A DNA stretch of 56,735 nt. Source: a virus (lineage: Duplodnaviria; Caudoviricetes). Below the pieces are notes generated by a model, which saw only the letters and a program-made list of their open reading frames with translations, made no database searches and was not told the DNA's origin. Location: IMG/VR virus record IMGVR_UViG_3300027869_000003, positions 1 to 56,735 of that record, one strand, 5' to 3'. A program made the position numbers and the translations under genes. Positions within the stretch are counted from its first letter, which is position 1. Each line of letters opens with the position of its first letter. Of the stretch, positions 8,957 to 17,933 are shown piece by piece.

Positions 8957-9121
8957 CGGCTGCCTTTCGCGGGACCGTTCTTCGGCGGCACGGGCGCCAG
9001 CTTGTCGGGGCGATCGACGCGCGGCGGACGAATGGTGTTCGTGCCGGGATCGACGCGCGGCTCGATGAACGGAGAATTGCCCGACGATTGCGCGGGCCGG
9101 TCGCGATAGTTGGGGTTCATG
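8953..9121 (-). CDS. Hypothetical Pro-rich small protein
   Basis: MNPNYRDRP...; stop overlaps the next start. Confidence 0.55.
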
Positions 9122-9124
9122 CGC

Positions 9125-9316
9125 TCAGTCCCTAACATTCACCGCAGGCCAGTCGATAAAGCGACCGGGCATTTTGCTAAGGTCAATCGGCGAGTGTGGA
9201 TCAAATAGCGGGCCGGCACGCATCCACGCCTCGCAATCATCGGCTTCCTGGCGCGTGATGGTCTCGTTGTTGATGATCCGCGTCATGATCGCACGCGCTT
9301 CGTCGCCACTGATCAT
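9125..9316 (-). CDS. Hypothetical protein
   Basis: 63-aa ORF with coupled start. Confidence 0.6.
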   Translation of the reverse strand: MISGDEARAIMTRIINNETITRQEADDCEAWMRAGPLFDPHSPIDLSKMPGRFIDWPAVNVRD

Positions 9317-9468
9317 GCCGCCTGCTTTCGTTGCAATTCGTTCAGCATCTCAACCACGAGGTCCAGCCGGTGGCGCGTCGAGGCGAGTTCGGCATACTGC
9401 GCCTGTATGATGTCATCTTTGTCGCGTAGTGCCTGCTCCAACAGCGCGATGGTCTCAGCGTCGCTCAC
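9313..9468 (-). CDS. Small coiled-coil protein (51 aa)
   Basis: Own translation from GTG: MSDAETIALLEQALRDKDDIIQAQ...; overlaps both neighbours by 4 nt. Confidence 0.6.
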   Translation of the reverse strand: MSDAETIALLEQALRDKDDIIQAQYAELASTRHRLDLVVEMLNELQRKQAA

Positions 9469-9647
9469 TTCACGCGCTTTTTCGCCGCGCTCATGTCGAT
9501 CGTGACGCTCGGTTTGTAATTCTGATCGGCCCAGGCGCGCTTGAGGCCGTCACCCTTCGGCATCGTGTCGCGGCCACCGCCAGCGGGCGCCGTCTTGCCC
9601 ATCGCGCCGCCGGCCTGTGCGTCGCGGACCAGTTTACTGTCTGCCAT
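9465..9647 (-). CDS. Hypothetical protein
   Basis: 60-aa ORF with AAAGG RBS directly after terL. Confidence 0.65.
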   Translation of the reverse strand: MADSKLVRDAQAGGAMGKTAPAGGGRDTMPKGDGLKRAWADQNYKPSVTIDMSAAKKRVK

Positions 9648-9658
9648 GTGCGTGCCTT

Positions 9659-12109
9659 TCAGATCGAGGCCCAGCCGCCAGACGTGGGCGGAATGGGGCG
9701 ATGGACGTAGGGGGGAACGACGGGCTTGTTGACCGCGTTCTCGGGATCGGACGAGCCTTGAACGCCGGTGCCGATCGCGTCCGATCCGTGCGAGGCATCA
9801 TCGTGAACGGGCTCCGCGCGCCACACGCCCATGTGCTCGTTCCATGCGCGCCGGTAGGCACGCAGCCGCTTCAGTCCAACCTCGCAGCCCTTCGCGTCGA
9901 ACCACGAGCGCGGCAGGATCTGCCGCACGGCGGAGACGCGATCGGCGGGGTTCGCCGCCGGGACCACGAAGATCGGCTTGACGCCAAGGCCGAGCAGCGT
10001 CGTGCGGCGCGATTTGCCGCCCGCGCTCAGTTCACGAACCTCGATGTCATGCGGGAGATAGTGCTTGCCATAGACGTACGGCTTGCTGTGCAGAAGTCTC
10101 GCATAATGATCGAAGCCCTGGCCGCTGTCCTCGTGATATTCAAGCCAGCGCCATTCGCCGCCTGGGCTGCGCTGAAACCACCAGATAGCGGTGGAGTCGT
10201 CCATGCCTAAGTCCCAACTTGTGAACACAGGCAACTTAGGATCATACGTCACGCGCGTTACGCGATTGTCACGAATGACTTCATCCAGCCATTTGCCGTA
10301 ATAACTGCCGGAGTTTGGCGACGTGAACGAACATTCGAGTTCTTGTGCGAATTCCTCGACATCCAACGTCTCGCGAAGTCGTTGCACCTGCTTATCGTCA
10401 AGCGCGCCGGTCTCAGTGTAAGGCAGCAGATAGCGCGAGGCGTGCGGATCATGGCCGGCGGCGTCGTAAGCAGCGGCGAGGCGTCCATTGCCCTTCGGCG
10501 TGCCGATCTTGATGCGCGCGCCGTCGTAGTCGGACAACATTGGTTCGATGACTAAATCCAGGCCGGAAGCAATCACATCGTCAGCTTCATCTTCAATGAC
10601 TTCATCGGCGTATGAACCACGGTAGCTGTCAGGCTTATCCATTCCCCCACATTGATATACACCGCCATTAGGCAGTTCCACCCGCAACACGGACTTCATC
10701 GCTATCGCGCCAGGGATCATCTCAGCAGCGCGGGCTACCTTGTCCCAAAGCCCAGTCCGTTGCCACATCACTTGCCCAGGAAGGACGTGAATCACGCGAG
10801 GCGGATCAGATTTCAGATTGCGCCGATGCAGCGGTAAATGCCTGCGATCCTCCGTCAACGCCTTACGAAGACCTCGCCAGATAAACGCTGTGCTGTTATG
10901 AGTCGGGATCAGCCCTTCGCCGGCCAGATAAAGATGGGATGGACTATCGACCGTGATGCAGCGCACCGGTCGGCTTTCCACCGGTTCAACAGATACAATC
11001 CGGCGCATTCCCCCGAAAGCATTGCGGTTGGCCGCGCTGCCCGGCAGTTTGAATACGCTAGCCTTTCTGGTCAGTTTGAATGGATTGAATGCCGGGCTGA
11101 ACGTGATCCTATGATAAACCTTCCCATTAACGACCTTTTCAGCGACGCGCGGATTACCGCCAAGCGCCCGAATAAGCGCGATGATGCCAGTCGCCAGTGC
11201 GCCATTCTTCTGAGCGATCTCGCATCTTCGTCCGCCTCTTGGATCAATCGATCCGTCGGTGTCCATGATGCCGCGAAGCAGTTCTAATCGCTGCCGTTGG
11301 CCGGCTCGTAGATAGGCTGCGGGAATATGCTTGTTCTTAATTAAGCCGATCTGGCGCAATCGCCTTGTGAGGCTATCGGTTTCATGATGTCCGCTATCTC
11401 CCGCCACCGAATAACTGCGCGCGAGACCTTGGCCTCCCTTCGATGCGATGGTTGAAAACCGCCAATCGTTGGCCTCAGCGTATTCTTTCAAGCCAACGAC
11501 AATCTCTTGGTCCATCGTCGTGAACCGAGCCGTGCGGCTATGTCCATCTCCGAGCCACAGGCCCAGGATGTAAGGATCAATCGGAAGCACGGCATCGGGA
11601 AAATCGAGCGGGCCCGCGAATGGGATTGCATGGTTCGATTCTCCCCGAGATCTGAGTGTGTCTCTGATTACCGCCGTGGTCTTCGCTGTTCCTGGCCGGC
11701 GTTTCTGAATGCCAGACACTGGCTTATGGCCCCGCCCGGTTCCTTTGACATAACGCCCGACCCGCGTCGTCCTGTCCGCCTTGGTCTCGGTGTACCAAAG
11801 ATGGTCTTCATCACAAACGATCTGCTGGCCGTCGTCGAATGTCACGGCGTAACATGGCCTACCATGCATAACAGGATAAGCGTGGGTTACGTGGCAGAGT
11901 TCACCCGATTCATCGAATATTATATCGCCGCGGGCCAGATCACCCATCGCCTTAAACGCACCGCTCGCGGTCATGATCGGCGTGGTGACGTCCAATGCCT
12001 TGCCGGCTCTCCTATGAACAACTGCCACCATGGCGCGAGACTTGTCGTCCATGAGCGGCATTTGCCACGGGCGCGGCGTAAACGGCAGGGTGACATATTT
12101 GACTGTCAT
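9659..12109 (-). CDS. terL: Terminase large subunit (intein-containing precursor)
   Basis: PRPWQ motif, Walker A HRRAGK|S, Walker B VIEDE, GTPKG, nuclease WDLGMDD and HDDASHGSDA; ATG 12109 overlaps the terS stop. Confidence 0.95.
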   Translation of the reverse strand: MTVKYVTLPFTPRPWQMPLMDDKSRAMVAVVHRRAGKALDVTTPIMTASGAFKAMGDLARGDIIFDESGELCHVTHAYPVMHGRPCYAVTFDDGQQIVCDEDHLWYTETKADRTTRVGRYVKGTGRGHKPVSGIQKRRPGTAKTTAVIRDTLRSRGESNHAIPFAGPLDFPDAVLPIDPYILGLWLGDGHSRTARFTTMDQEIVVGLKEYAEANDWRFSTIASKGGQGLARSYSVAGDSGHHETDSLTRRLRQIGLIKNKHIPAAYLRAGQRQRLELLRGIMDTDGSIDPRGGRRCEIAQKNGALATGIIALIRALGGNPRVAEKVVNGKVYHRITFSPAFNPFKLTRKASVFKLPGSAANRNAFGGMRRIVSVEPVESRPVRCITVDSPSHLYLAGEGLIPTHNSTAFIWRGLRKALTEDRRHLPLHRRNLKSDPPRVIHVLPGQVMWQRTGLWDKVARAAEMIPGAIAMKSVLRVELPNGGVYQCGGMDKPDSYRGSYADEVIEDEADDVIASGLDLVIEPMLSDYDGARIKIGTPKGNGRLAAAYDAAGHDPHASRYLLPYTETGALDDKQVQRLRETLDVEEFAQELECSFTSPNSGSYYGKWLDEVIRDNRVTRVTYDPKLPVFTSWDLGMDDSTAIWWFQRSPGGEWRWLEYHEDSGQGFDHYARLLHSKPYVYGKHYLPHDIEVRELSAGGKSRRTTLLGLGVKPIFVVPAANPADRVSAVRQILPRSWFDAKGCEVGLKRLRAYRRAWNEHMGVWRAEPVHDDASHGSDAIGTGVQGSSDPENAVNKPVVPPYVHRPIPPTSGGWASI
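10895..11998 (-). mobile_element. Class-3 (Ala1, WCT) intein with LAGLIDADG endonuclease, 368 aa
   Basis: Starts ALDVTTPI, block B CDEDHLW, block F VRCITV, ends PTHN/S; LGLWLGDG and LRGIMDTDG motifs. Confidence 0.92.
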
Positions 12110-12564
12110 TCGGTCGGCTTTGGCCCGTCCCACCGGTAGACGACCTCGGTGTTGCCATCGCCAGCAGCGTTCGCGTGCTGCAACTTGTCGCCGTATGTTC
12201 CTGGTCTCAGTTTGGACAGCAGCCACTTGCGGGTGTCAACGCGAAGACGGGAACGCGTCACATGCTCATGGTCCACACTCATTTCGACTGAGCCGTCTTT
12301 CCCCGCGCGCTGCATCCAATCGTTCGCGCCATCGTCTGATATTTCAACGATCTGATCGGCCCAATGCTCTGCCTGTAATTCTCTCGCGCGCACGTATCGC
12401 ACGGAAAATCCATCTGGATTATCCATCACCCAACCCCTAACGGTGCTGGCCGGTGGCATTCCTTCGCTTCGGCTGATCTCGTTCAGGCTTTCGCCCTCTG
12501 CCATGCGCCGACAGATTTCATCGGCGATGGTCCTGGCATATTTTGACGGTCTTCCGCGTTCCAC
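12106..12564 (-). CDS. terS: Terminase small subunit
   Basis: GRPSKY..IADEICRRMAEGESL, MP..STV..W, RSRLRVDTRKWLLSKL.P..YGDK. Confidence 0.93.
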   Translation of the reverse strand: MERGRPSKYARTIADEICRRMAEGESLNEISRSEGMPPASTVRGWVMDNPDGFSVRYVRARELQAEHWADQIVEISDDGANDWMQRAGKDGSVEMSVDHEHVTRSRLRVDTRKWLLSKLRPGTYGDKLQHANAAGDGNTEVVYRWDGPKPTE

Positions 12565-12577
12565 ACTGACCTGTCGA

Positions 12578-13054
12578 TCAAATATGAAACGCGATCAGCA
12601 TGGTGCCGTTGAACGCGGTCGTTCCGGTATTGGTCCAAACGATCACCGTCGATCCGACCGCGTTGGTAACGGAGGTCAGCGTGATGATACCGCCGGTGTT
12701 GGTGAGGCCGGTCATCGAGACAGATGGCGCGGGTGCGCCGGCGACGAGAAGCGAGTTGGTCAGCGTGAAGGTGTAGGTCGCGCCGGCCGCGGTGGTCAGC
12801 GCCTCGGTCGTGATCAACCCACCGGCGGTGTTGAGCGTCGCGGCGTGGACGGTGCTGGTCGCGGTGCTGGCGGTGATGGAGGCGACCCAGGCGGCGAGTT
12901 GCGTCAGCGACAACGCGGCGGTTTGCGGGACGCCACCGGCGGCGATCTGCGTGTCGATGGGAAGCAGACCGGCGCCACCGCCGAAGCCTGTGAGTTGCGG
13001 GATCGTAGCACTTCCGACCAGCGGCAATGTGCTGGTGTACATACCTGCGGCCAT
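12578..13054 (-). CDS. Putative capsid decoration/minor structural protein
   Basis: Thr/Ala/Gly-rich, beta-rich 158 aa; first gene of the late operon, upstream of terS. Confidence 0.55.
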   Translation of the reverse strand: MAAGMYTSTLPLVGSATIPQLTGFGGGAGLLPIDTQIAAGGVPQTAALSLTQLAAWVASITASTATSTVHAATLNTAGGLITTEALTTAAGATYTFTLTNSLLVAGAPAPSVSMTGLTNTGGIITLTSVTNAVGSTVIVWTNTGTTAFNGTMLIAFHI

Positions 13055-13256
13055 GATTTGGTTCCTTCTACTGACCGGCTATCTGACCGGGCTTGGTTTA
13101 CTGATGCGCGCGACGGCGCGGTCAGCGGTTCGGTTCTTGTTGCGCTCGGAGTTCGCCGCCGTTCGTGGGGGCGGATCGCGTGATGGTGGCGCGGACAGCG
13201 GCGATTTCCGGTCTTGCCGGGAGCCGTTACGCGCGTGATTTGTCATGATGACCTGG

Positions 13257-13286
13257 CGCATAGGCACGTTTCGTCACGCGATGCAA
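13257..13286 (-). promoter_or_regulatory. Possible late-operon promoter
   Basis: TTGCAT-18 nt-TATGCG between the putative late regulator and the first late gene. Confidence 0.3.
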
Positions 13287-13325
13287 GGGGAAAGCGCCGG
13301 AAACCGCGCGAAACTTGACCGGGCA

Positions 13326-14030
13326 TTACTCCCCGCCGACCTCGTAACTTTCTCTTTCGGGTCCAAACCCGACCAGCGCCCGCGAGCGTGGCCGCTCCGG
13401 CGCTGTCACAAAATAAAATCCTGTCAGTCTATCTAACCCAGCCCGCAGCCACGCCATGGCGTCATCCTGCGACTTGCCGACCTCCCGCGCCCAAACGCAG
13501 ACCGGCACGCAGTCACAGACGACCCGGCGTAGGCATGGCGTAAAGGCCCCTGCGTGCGTCAGGGCGCCCTCCAGCCTCGCCCGCGTCTCCAACTGCCTGA
13601 CCAGCGCCGCGTGAGCTCCAGACCCCGCTCCAGGCCCCGCGTTGCCCCCTCCACTGGACCAGTCCACCGCGGACGGCCCGATGCCTGCGCCGACCTCGTC
13701 GTAATCGAGGCGCAGCATCCGGGCGGCGCGGGCCTGGCTGCCGGTGAGCCGGATGCGGGCGAGCGGATCTTCCGACACGTGCGGCAGGCCGCGAACGGCG
13801 CGGCCGTCGATCACGACTACACGCGGGCCGTGCAGGAGGGCGCCAGACGGCGCGTGAGCGGCTTCCCGCATCGCCAGCGGGGCCAACGCCTCGGCGGCGT
13901 CCTGCGCGGCTTCCAGGCGCCGCGCTTCGGCCTCGGCGCGGATGGCGCGGCGGGCGGCGTCGCGGAGGCGTTTGCGGGCCTGCCGCTCGCGGGCAAGGTC
14001 GCGGGTTCGCGATGAGACGGCGGCGCTCAT
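13326..14030 (-). CDS. Putative late-gene regulator (DUF6456-like, at the lambda Q position)
   Basis: ATG 14030 overlaps the upstream stop; Q..AA..LR.D, VVCD and C-terminal LR.GLD.L..F; last early gene before the late operon. Confidence 0.6.
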   Translation of the reverse strand: MSAAVSSRTRDLARERQARKRLRDAARRAIRAEAEARRLEAAQDAAEALAPLAMREAAHAPSGALLHGPRVVVIDGRAVRGLPHVSEDPLARIRLTGSQARAARMLRLDYDEVGAGIGPSAVDWSSGGGNAGPGAGSGAHAALVRQLETRARLEGALTHAGAFTPCLRRVVCDCVPVCVWAREVGKSQDDAMAWLRAGLDRLTGFYFVTAPERPRSRALVGFGPERESYEVGGE

Positions 14031-14290
14031 GGAGCGTCCTTGATCAGCACGTCGATCATCGAACTCCAGCAGCCGCCGGGTGTCGTTTCGCGGTCGGCGG
14101 CCAGCATCATCGCCTCGCTCGGCTCGCGGAGGGCCGTGAGAACCGCGCGCAGGAACGTCCGGTGATGCTCGACGGTGTGGGCGCACATGAAGCTACCCGG
14201 CGCCCAGCCGGTCAGTTCATCCCACTCGGGCGTGTATTTGCTTCGCGCCGCGTCCCATGAGGCGCGGGCGGCGGCTTCGAACGATGTCAT
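14027..14290 (-). CDS. Hypothetical phage protein (REPSEAM...WSSMID motif)
   Basis: GGGAGG RBS; motif shared with 8663..8956. Confidence 0.7.
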   Translation of the reverse strand: MTSFEAAARASWDAARSKYTPEWDELTGWAPGSFMCAHTVEHHRTFLRAVLTALREPSEAMMLAADRETTPGGCWSSMIDVLIKDAP

Positions 14291-14292
14291 GA

Positions 14293-14448
14293 TCAGACCC
14301 TCCCCTTCAGCATGGAAAACCCGCCCTTCGCTACCGCGAACCTCGCGGCCGGCTTGCGGACGGCGCGGCGAGCGGCGTCACGGAGCCGCTTGCGGGTCTG
14401 TCGTTCGCGGGCGAGATCGCGGGCGCGGGTCGAGATGGCGGCGCTCAT
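14293..14448 (-). CDS. 51-aa chimeric mini-ORF
   Basis: MSAAISTRARDLARERQTRKRLRDAARRAVRKPAARFAVAKGGFSMLKGRV = N-terminus of 13326..14030 plus C-terminus of 14936..15295. Confidence 0.7.
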   Translation of the reverse strand: MSAAISTRARDLARERQTRKRLRDAARRAVRKPAARFAVAKGGFSMLKGRV

Positions 14449-14939
14449 GGGAGTGCCCTTTCGATCATGGCGATGGCTTCGCGCAGGCAGTCCGCCAGGC
14501 CCTTGGCCATGGGCGCGTCTTCTTCGTCCAGTCTTCCGTTCCTTCCTCTACGGGCGTCAAGCCAGTCCCCCACCATGTCGAACAGGGGCGCGTTCAGTTC
14601 GAGATCGTATTCCAGCGGCCCAAAATTGGCTTCCCAGACGCCGCGCTCATGCGTCAATCCGGCCATGGTAGTGCGACGGATTTCCGCCGCCACCAGTTCA
14701 GCGACCTCGACCGCCGATTTCCTGTCGATGGGCCATTCCCATGCGCTGAAATCCTCGCTGCATCGTGATGCCACGCCCCACTCGTTCGTGGTCCATTCTG
14801 GGGCGCCGGACGGTATTGGTTCGCTTGTCGCTTCCATCCGAACGGCGCGGATGAGGGCCACGAGATCGTCCGCTGTCGGTGTGATGTCGAGCGCCTTCCA
14901 CAGCGCGACGATGATCTGGGCGCGTTCCTCGTCGGTCAC
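14445..14939 (-). CDS. Hypothetical protein
   Basis: GTG start (MTDEERAQ) overlapping the upstream stop, GGGAGG RBS. Confidence 0.65.
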   Translation of the reverse strand: MTDEERAQIIVALWKALDITPTADDLVALIRAVRMEATSEPIPSGAPEWTTNEWGVASRCSEDFSAWEWPIDRKSAVEVAELVAAEIRRTTMAGLTHERGVWEANFGPLEYDLELNAPLFDMVGDWLDARRGRNGRLDEEDAPMAKGLADCLREAIAMIERALP

Positions 14940-15295
14940 AGCTTCCCTCCCATCATCGAAAATCCGCCCTTCGCCACCGCGAACCGACCGTCCGGCTTGC
15001 GGACCGTGTTGTCCGCCGGTCTGCCGCCGCGGTTCCACCGCTCGACGGACGCGAGTTGCAGGCGCGCGACGACGGCGTGCGGTTGTTTGCTCGCGAGGGC
15101 ATGGCGTTCGTAGCCCCTGCGGTCGGCGTGCGTCTCGGCGCGGATGTGTTGGCCGTATTTCGCGGACAGGCGGGCGGAGATCTCCGGGCCCGGGACGCAG
15201 GTGTGGCACCACAGGTGTTCGAGGTCGCGCTCGGCCTCGGGTGACAGCATCGGGGCGTTGCCGCGATGGTTGGCGTGTCTATGGGCGTCGCTCAT
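14936..15295 (-). CDS. Hypothetical protein, possible HTH
   Basis: ATGA-coupled start MSDAHRH; LEHLW...EISARL weakly HTH-like. Confidence 0.6.
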   Translation of the reverse strand: MSDAHRHANHRGNAPMLSPEAERDLEHLWCHTCVPGPEISARLSAKYGQHIRAETHADRRGYERHALASKQPHAVVARLQLASVERWNRGGRPADNTVRKPDGRFAVAKGGFSMMGGKL

Positions 15296-15471
15296 GCGGC
15301 GGTCTCCGGTTCGATGTCGGCGCCGGGGAACCACGTTTCGCCGTCCATGCCGTCCCAACGGACGACGACCCACTCGCCGGATCGGCGCATCAGCACGCCG
15401 GTGCGGGTGCCAAGGTCGGGGAAACGCGAACAGGCGGAGGGGGTCAGAACGACGCGGTTCGCATCGGTCAT
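15292..15471 (-). CDS. Small SH3-like beta protein (hypothetical)
   Basis: MTDANRVVL...GEWVVVRWDG; AAGGAAG RBS. Confidence 0.6.
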   Translation of the reverse strand: MTDANRVVLTPSACSRFPDLGTRTGVLMRRSGEWVVVRWDGMDGETWFPGADIEPETAA

Positions 15472-15499
15472 TCGGCTTCCTTTTTTCGTTTTGATTCCG

Positions 15500-15780
15500 T
15501 TAAGTGTAGCCATGTAGCCTCTGTATCCGCACTTTTCAGTTTGTTTCTCCAGAGCGTGATTCCAGCGCGCCAATACGCCGATCACATGAGCAATGCGGAA
15601 ACAGGTGGATACGGTGGCTACGGTGGACACATGATTGATATTATACATGTATTTGTGTATCCACCTATGTATCCACCTATCTAAATATATATATAAGAAG
15701 CTACACTTTCCTATGTTAGATATATCGGAAGCCACTTCGTATGAAAATTGGAACGTCTGAGACGTTTTCATAGCCACTTC
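15500..15780. repeat. AT-rich iteron-like region, candidate replication origin
   Basis: GGTGGATAC/GGTGGCTAC/GGTGGACAC tandem at 15604-15630, inverted GTATCCACC at 15657 and 15669, then a TA run; directly downstream of the VapE helicase. Confidence 0.6.
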
Positions 15781-17122
15781 ACTCGCTGCCGATTTCGTCA
15801 TTTTCAGGTAGCCGCCAAATCTTGATGACGTGGCTTTTCCGGCCACCCTTGCTGGATGTCCGGAAGTTTGTTCGTTCCCACCCCAAAGACCGCAGCACGG
15901 AGCCGACCCGCATGGTCGCGGCCCGGGTCATGCGCTCCTTATCCATGCCGAGCGCCTGTTCCAGAATGTCAGCGGAGGTAACAGGAACAGCCCGGTTGCG
16001 TTCTGGTGAGTCAAGCCACTGGACGATCGCCGGCTGCCACACTTCCTCCGCCATGCGGGCCTCCGTGGTGGACGCGGCCGCACTCTGGGCGTCCTCGCTG
16101 TCCAGCCAGATCGCTTCCCCGCTGGCCTCACGCGCGCAGGCTTCCGCCCATAACTGATCGCGATTGAGCGCGATCCACCGCACGTCGGCTGACCGGCAGG
16201 GTATTGGCCACATGCGGGTGTTGCCGGTGTTATCGCGAAGGTAATCGTCGCTGTTCGTCGTCCCGGCGAGCACGCCCTGGCGCGGTACGTCAACGAAGTC
16301 GCGGCCATGCACTGGCCGGTAGTGATCGACGGCGCGGGACAGGAATGCCTTGATCGTCTCGACCTCGGTGCGGACGAGATGATCGATCTCCGCGAACTCC
16401 AGGCACCACAATCCATGCAGCGCGATCGCCGCGTCCCGGTTGGCGAGGTCGGGCGGAACGGAATCGGAAAACCACTGCTGGCCGAACAAGGTGGCGAGCG
16501 CGGTCGACTTGCCGATCCGCTGCGGCCCTTCGAGGATCAGAAGGGAATCGAACTTGCATCCTGGCGAGCGGATCCGCCGCACGGCGGCGATCAGGAAGCG
16601 GGACCCGGCGGTGCGGTAATACGTCACCTTGGCTTTGTATTCGTCGGTTCCCGGCAGAAGGTCGTTTCGCACGTCGAAGGCGGCGAACAGCCAGTTATCG
16701 ATCCGCTTCACGCCGTCCCAGACCAGGCTGTTCAGCCAGTCGCGCACCGGATGGAAAGGAAACGACATGGCGGTGACAGCCATGGCGTCGGCGATCGTGT
16801 TACGGACGAAGCGCGGCGCCCAGACCCTTTGCATGTATGCCTGGAACAGCGAGATGTCCTCATCATACCAGGAACGCGGATAAGGCCCCGGCATCATGAA
16901 GCCGCCGTCCTCGGATGGCGGCGGCTCGCGCATGAGAACGCGCCGGTCGGTGAACTGGTTATGGCCGAACATGCCCTTGAACCGTGGATCATGCGCCATG
17001 ATGGTCAGCGCGTTCGCCAGGGTCGGATGGACCTCGCCATCTTTCGTGTGGCTGAGCCGGCCAATCCATGACGGCTTTGGAGCGGACGCGATTGGGATGA
17101 CGTTGTCCGGCGGCGGGTTCAT
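15779..17122 (-). CDS. VapE (virulence-associated E)-like SF3 helicase / primase-associated ATPase
   Basis: FHPVRDWL..L.WDG..R, PGCKFD..LILEGPQRIGKST, EFAEI, GTTN..YLRD.TGNTR.WP. Confidence 0.9.
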   Translation of the reverse strand: MNPPPDNVIPIASAPKPSWIGRLSHTKDGEVHPTLANALTIMAHDPRFKGMFGHNQFTDRRVLMREPPPSEDGGFMMPGPYPRSWYDEDISLFQAYMQRVWAPRFVRNTIADAMAVTAMSFPFHPVRDWLNSLVWDGVKRIDNWLFAAFDVRNDLLPGTDEYKAKVTYYRTAGSRFLIAAVRRIRSPGCKFDSLLILEGPQRIGKSTALATLFGQQWFSDSVPPDLANRDAAIALHGLWCLEFAEIDHLVRTEVETIKAFLSRAVDHYRPVHGRDFVDVPRQGVLAGTTNSDDYLRDNTGNTRMWPIPCRSADVRWIALNRDQLWAEACAREASGEAIWLDSEDAQSAAASTTEARMAEEVWQPAIVQWLDSPERNRAVPVTSADILEQALGMDKERMTRAATMRVGSVLRSLGWERTNFRTSSKGGRKSHVIKIWRLPENDEIGSE

Positions 17123-17123
17123 G

Positions 17124-17933
17124 TCATCCTCCATGCAATCCCTCCATGGGATTGCGTTGACCGGATCGGATGCCCGAGCGGATGGTATTGCGGGTCTCAT
17201 CGTGATCGAGCCCCGCTTGCCGGGCAGCGCCGTAGAGCGCATCCACCGCCTCGGTTTCCGCCAGCAGCCCGGCGCCGACCATGCGCCCGACCTGATAGGC
17301 CCGCCGGTTCAGGGTTTCGTTGCGTGCGCCCTGCGGTGCGTCGATGACCGCGATGGCGGCACGGTAAAGACGGCGCCGGGCCTGATCTGACGTATCGATC
17401 ACCATGGGATGACGCGCCGGTTCCGGCGGCATCTCGACCAGCCTGATCAGCCACGCCGGCGCGATTGGCGGCGCCACGTCCCACGGCGCGAGCCCGCGCG
17501 CCCAACGGTAGGGCAGTCCGGTGACGAGATGGACAGACGGCGGGATCGTGAGCGACAGCATCCCGCGCCTCGGATCGATCCCGGGCGCCGGATGGCCGGT
17601 TTTCCCAATGATCCGCTCGCCGTTGTATTTGAAGATCAGCCCGTAACCGCCTCCGCCTGAAAGCGAGGTCGGACGTGGCGGCAACGCGCCGTGGACAGCG
17701 GTGAACGCCTTCATCGCGGCGATGCCGTTGGCGCTGTGCGTCGCGCCGGGCGCATCGATGTCCAATCCCCAAAGATGCGAGGGGCCGAACAACAAGCGCC
17801 AGTTTGAGCGGGGATACTCGCGGCACCAGCGCGCGATCTGGTTCAGGTCGTCCGTCGCCTGAAGATGCGCGCCCTTGAACGCGGCGGCGCGCGACTGGCG
17901 CGATGCCGGGAAGACCTTGAACCCGAGCAGCAC
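17124..17933 (-). CDS. Bifunctional DNA primase/polymerase (Prim-Pol N-terminal domain); true start probably further upstream
   Basis: GFKVFP, ATDD..QI..W, GLDID, SGGGG, PGIDPR, IPPS.H..TG.PYRW, GARNETLN. Confidence 0.88.
   Translation of the reverse strand: MLLGFKVFPASRQSRAAAFKGAHLQATDDLNQIARWCREYPRSNWRLLFGPSHLWGLDIDAPGATHSANGIAAMKAFTAVHGALPPRPTSLSGGGGYGLIFKYNGERIIGKTGHPAPGIDPRRGMLSLTIPPSVHLVTGLPYRWARGLAPWDVAPPIAPAWLIRLVEMPPEPARHPMVIDTSDQARRRLYRAAIAVIDAPQGARNETLNRRAYQVGRMVGAGLLAETEAVDALYGAARQAGLDHDETRNTIRSGIRSGQRNPMEGLHGG

Noticed and set aside
12110-12226. TerL start at 12226 as given in the ORF track
   Set aside because: It overlaps terS by over 100 nt; ATG 12109 gives the usual ATGA coupling.
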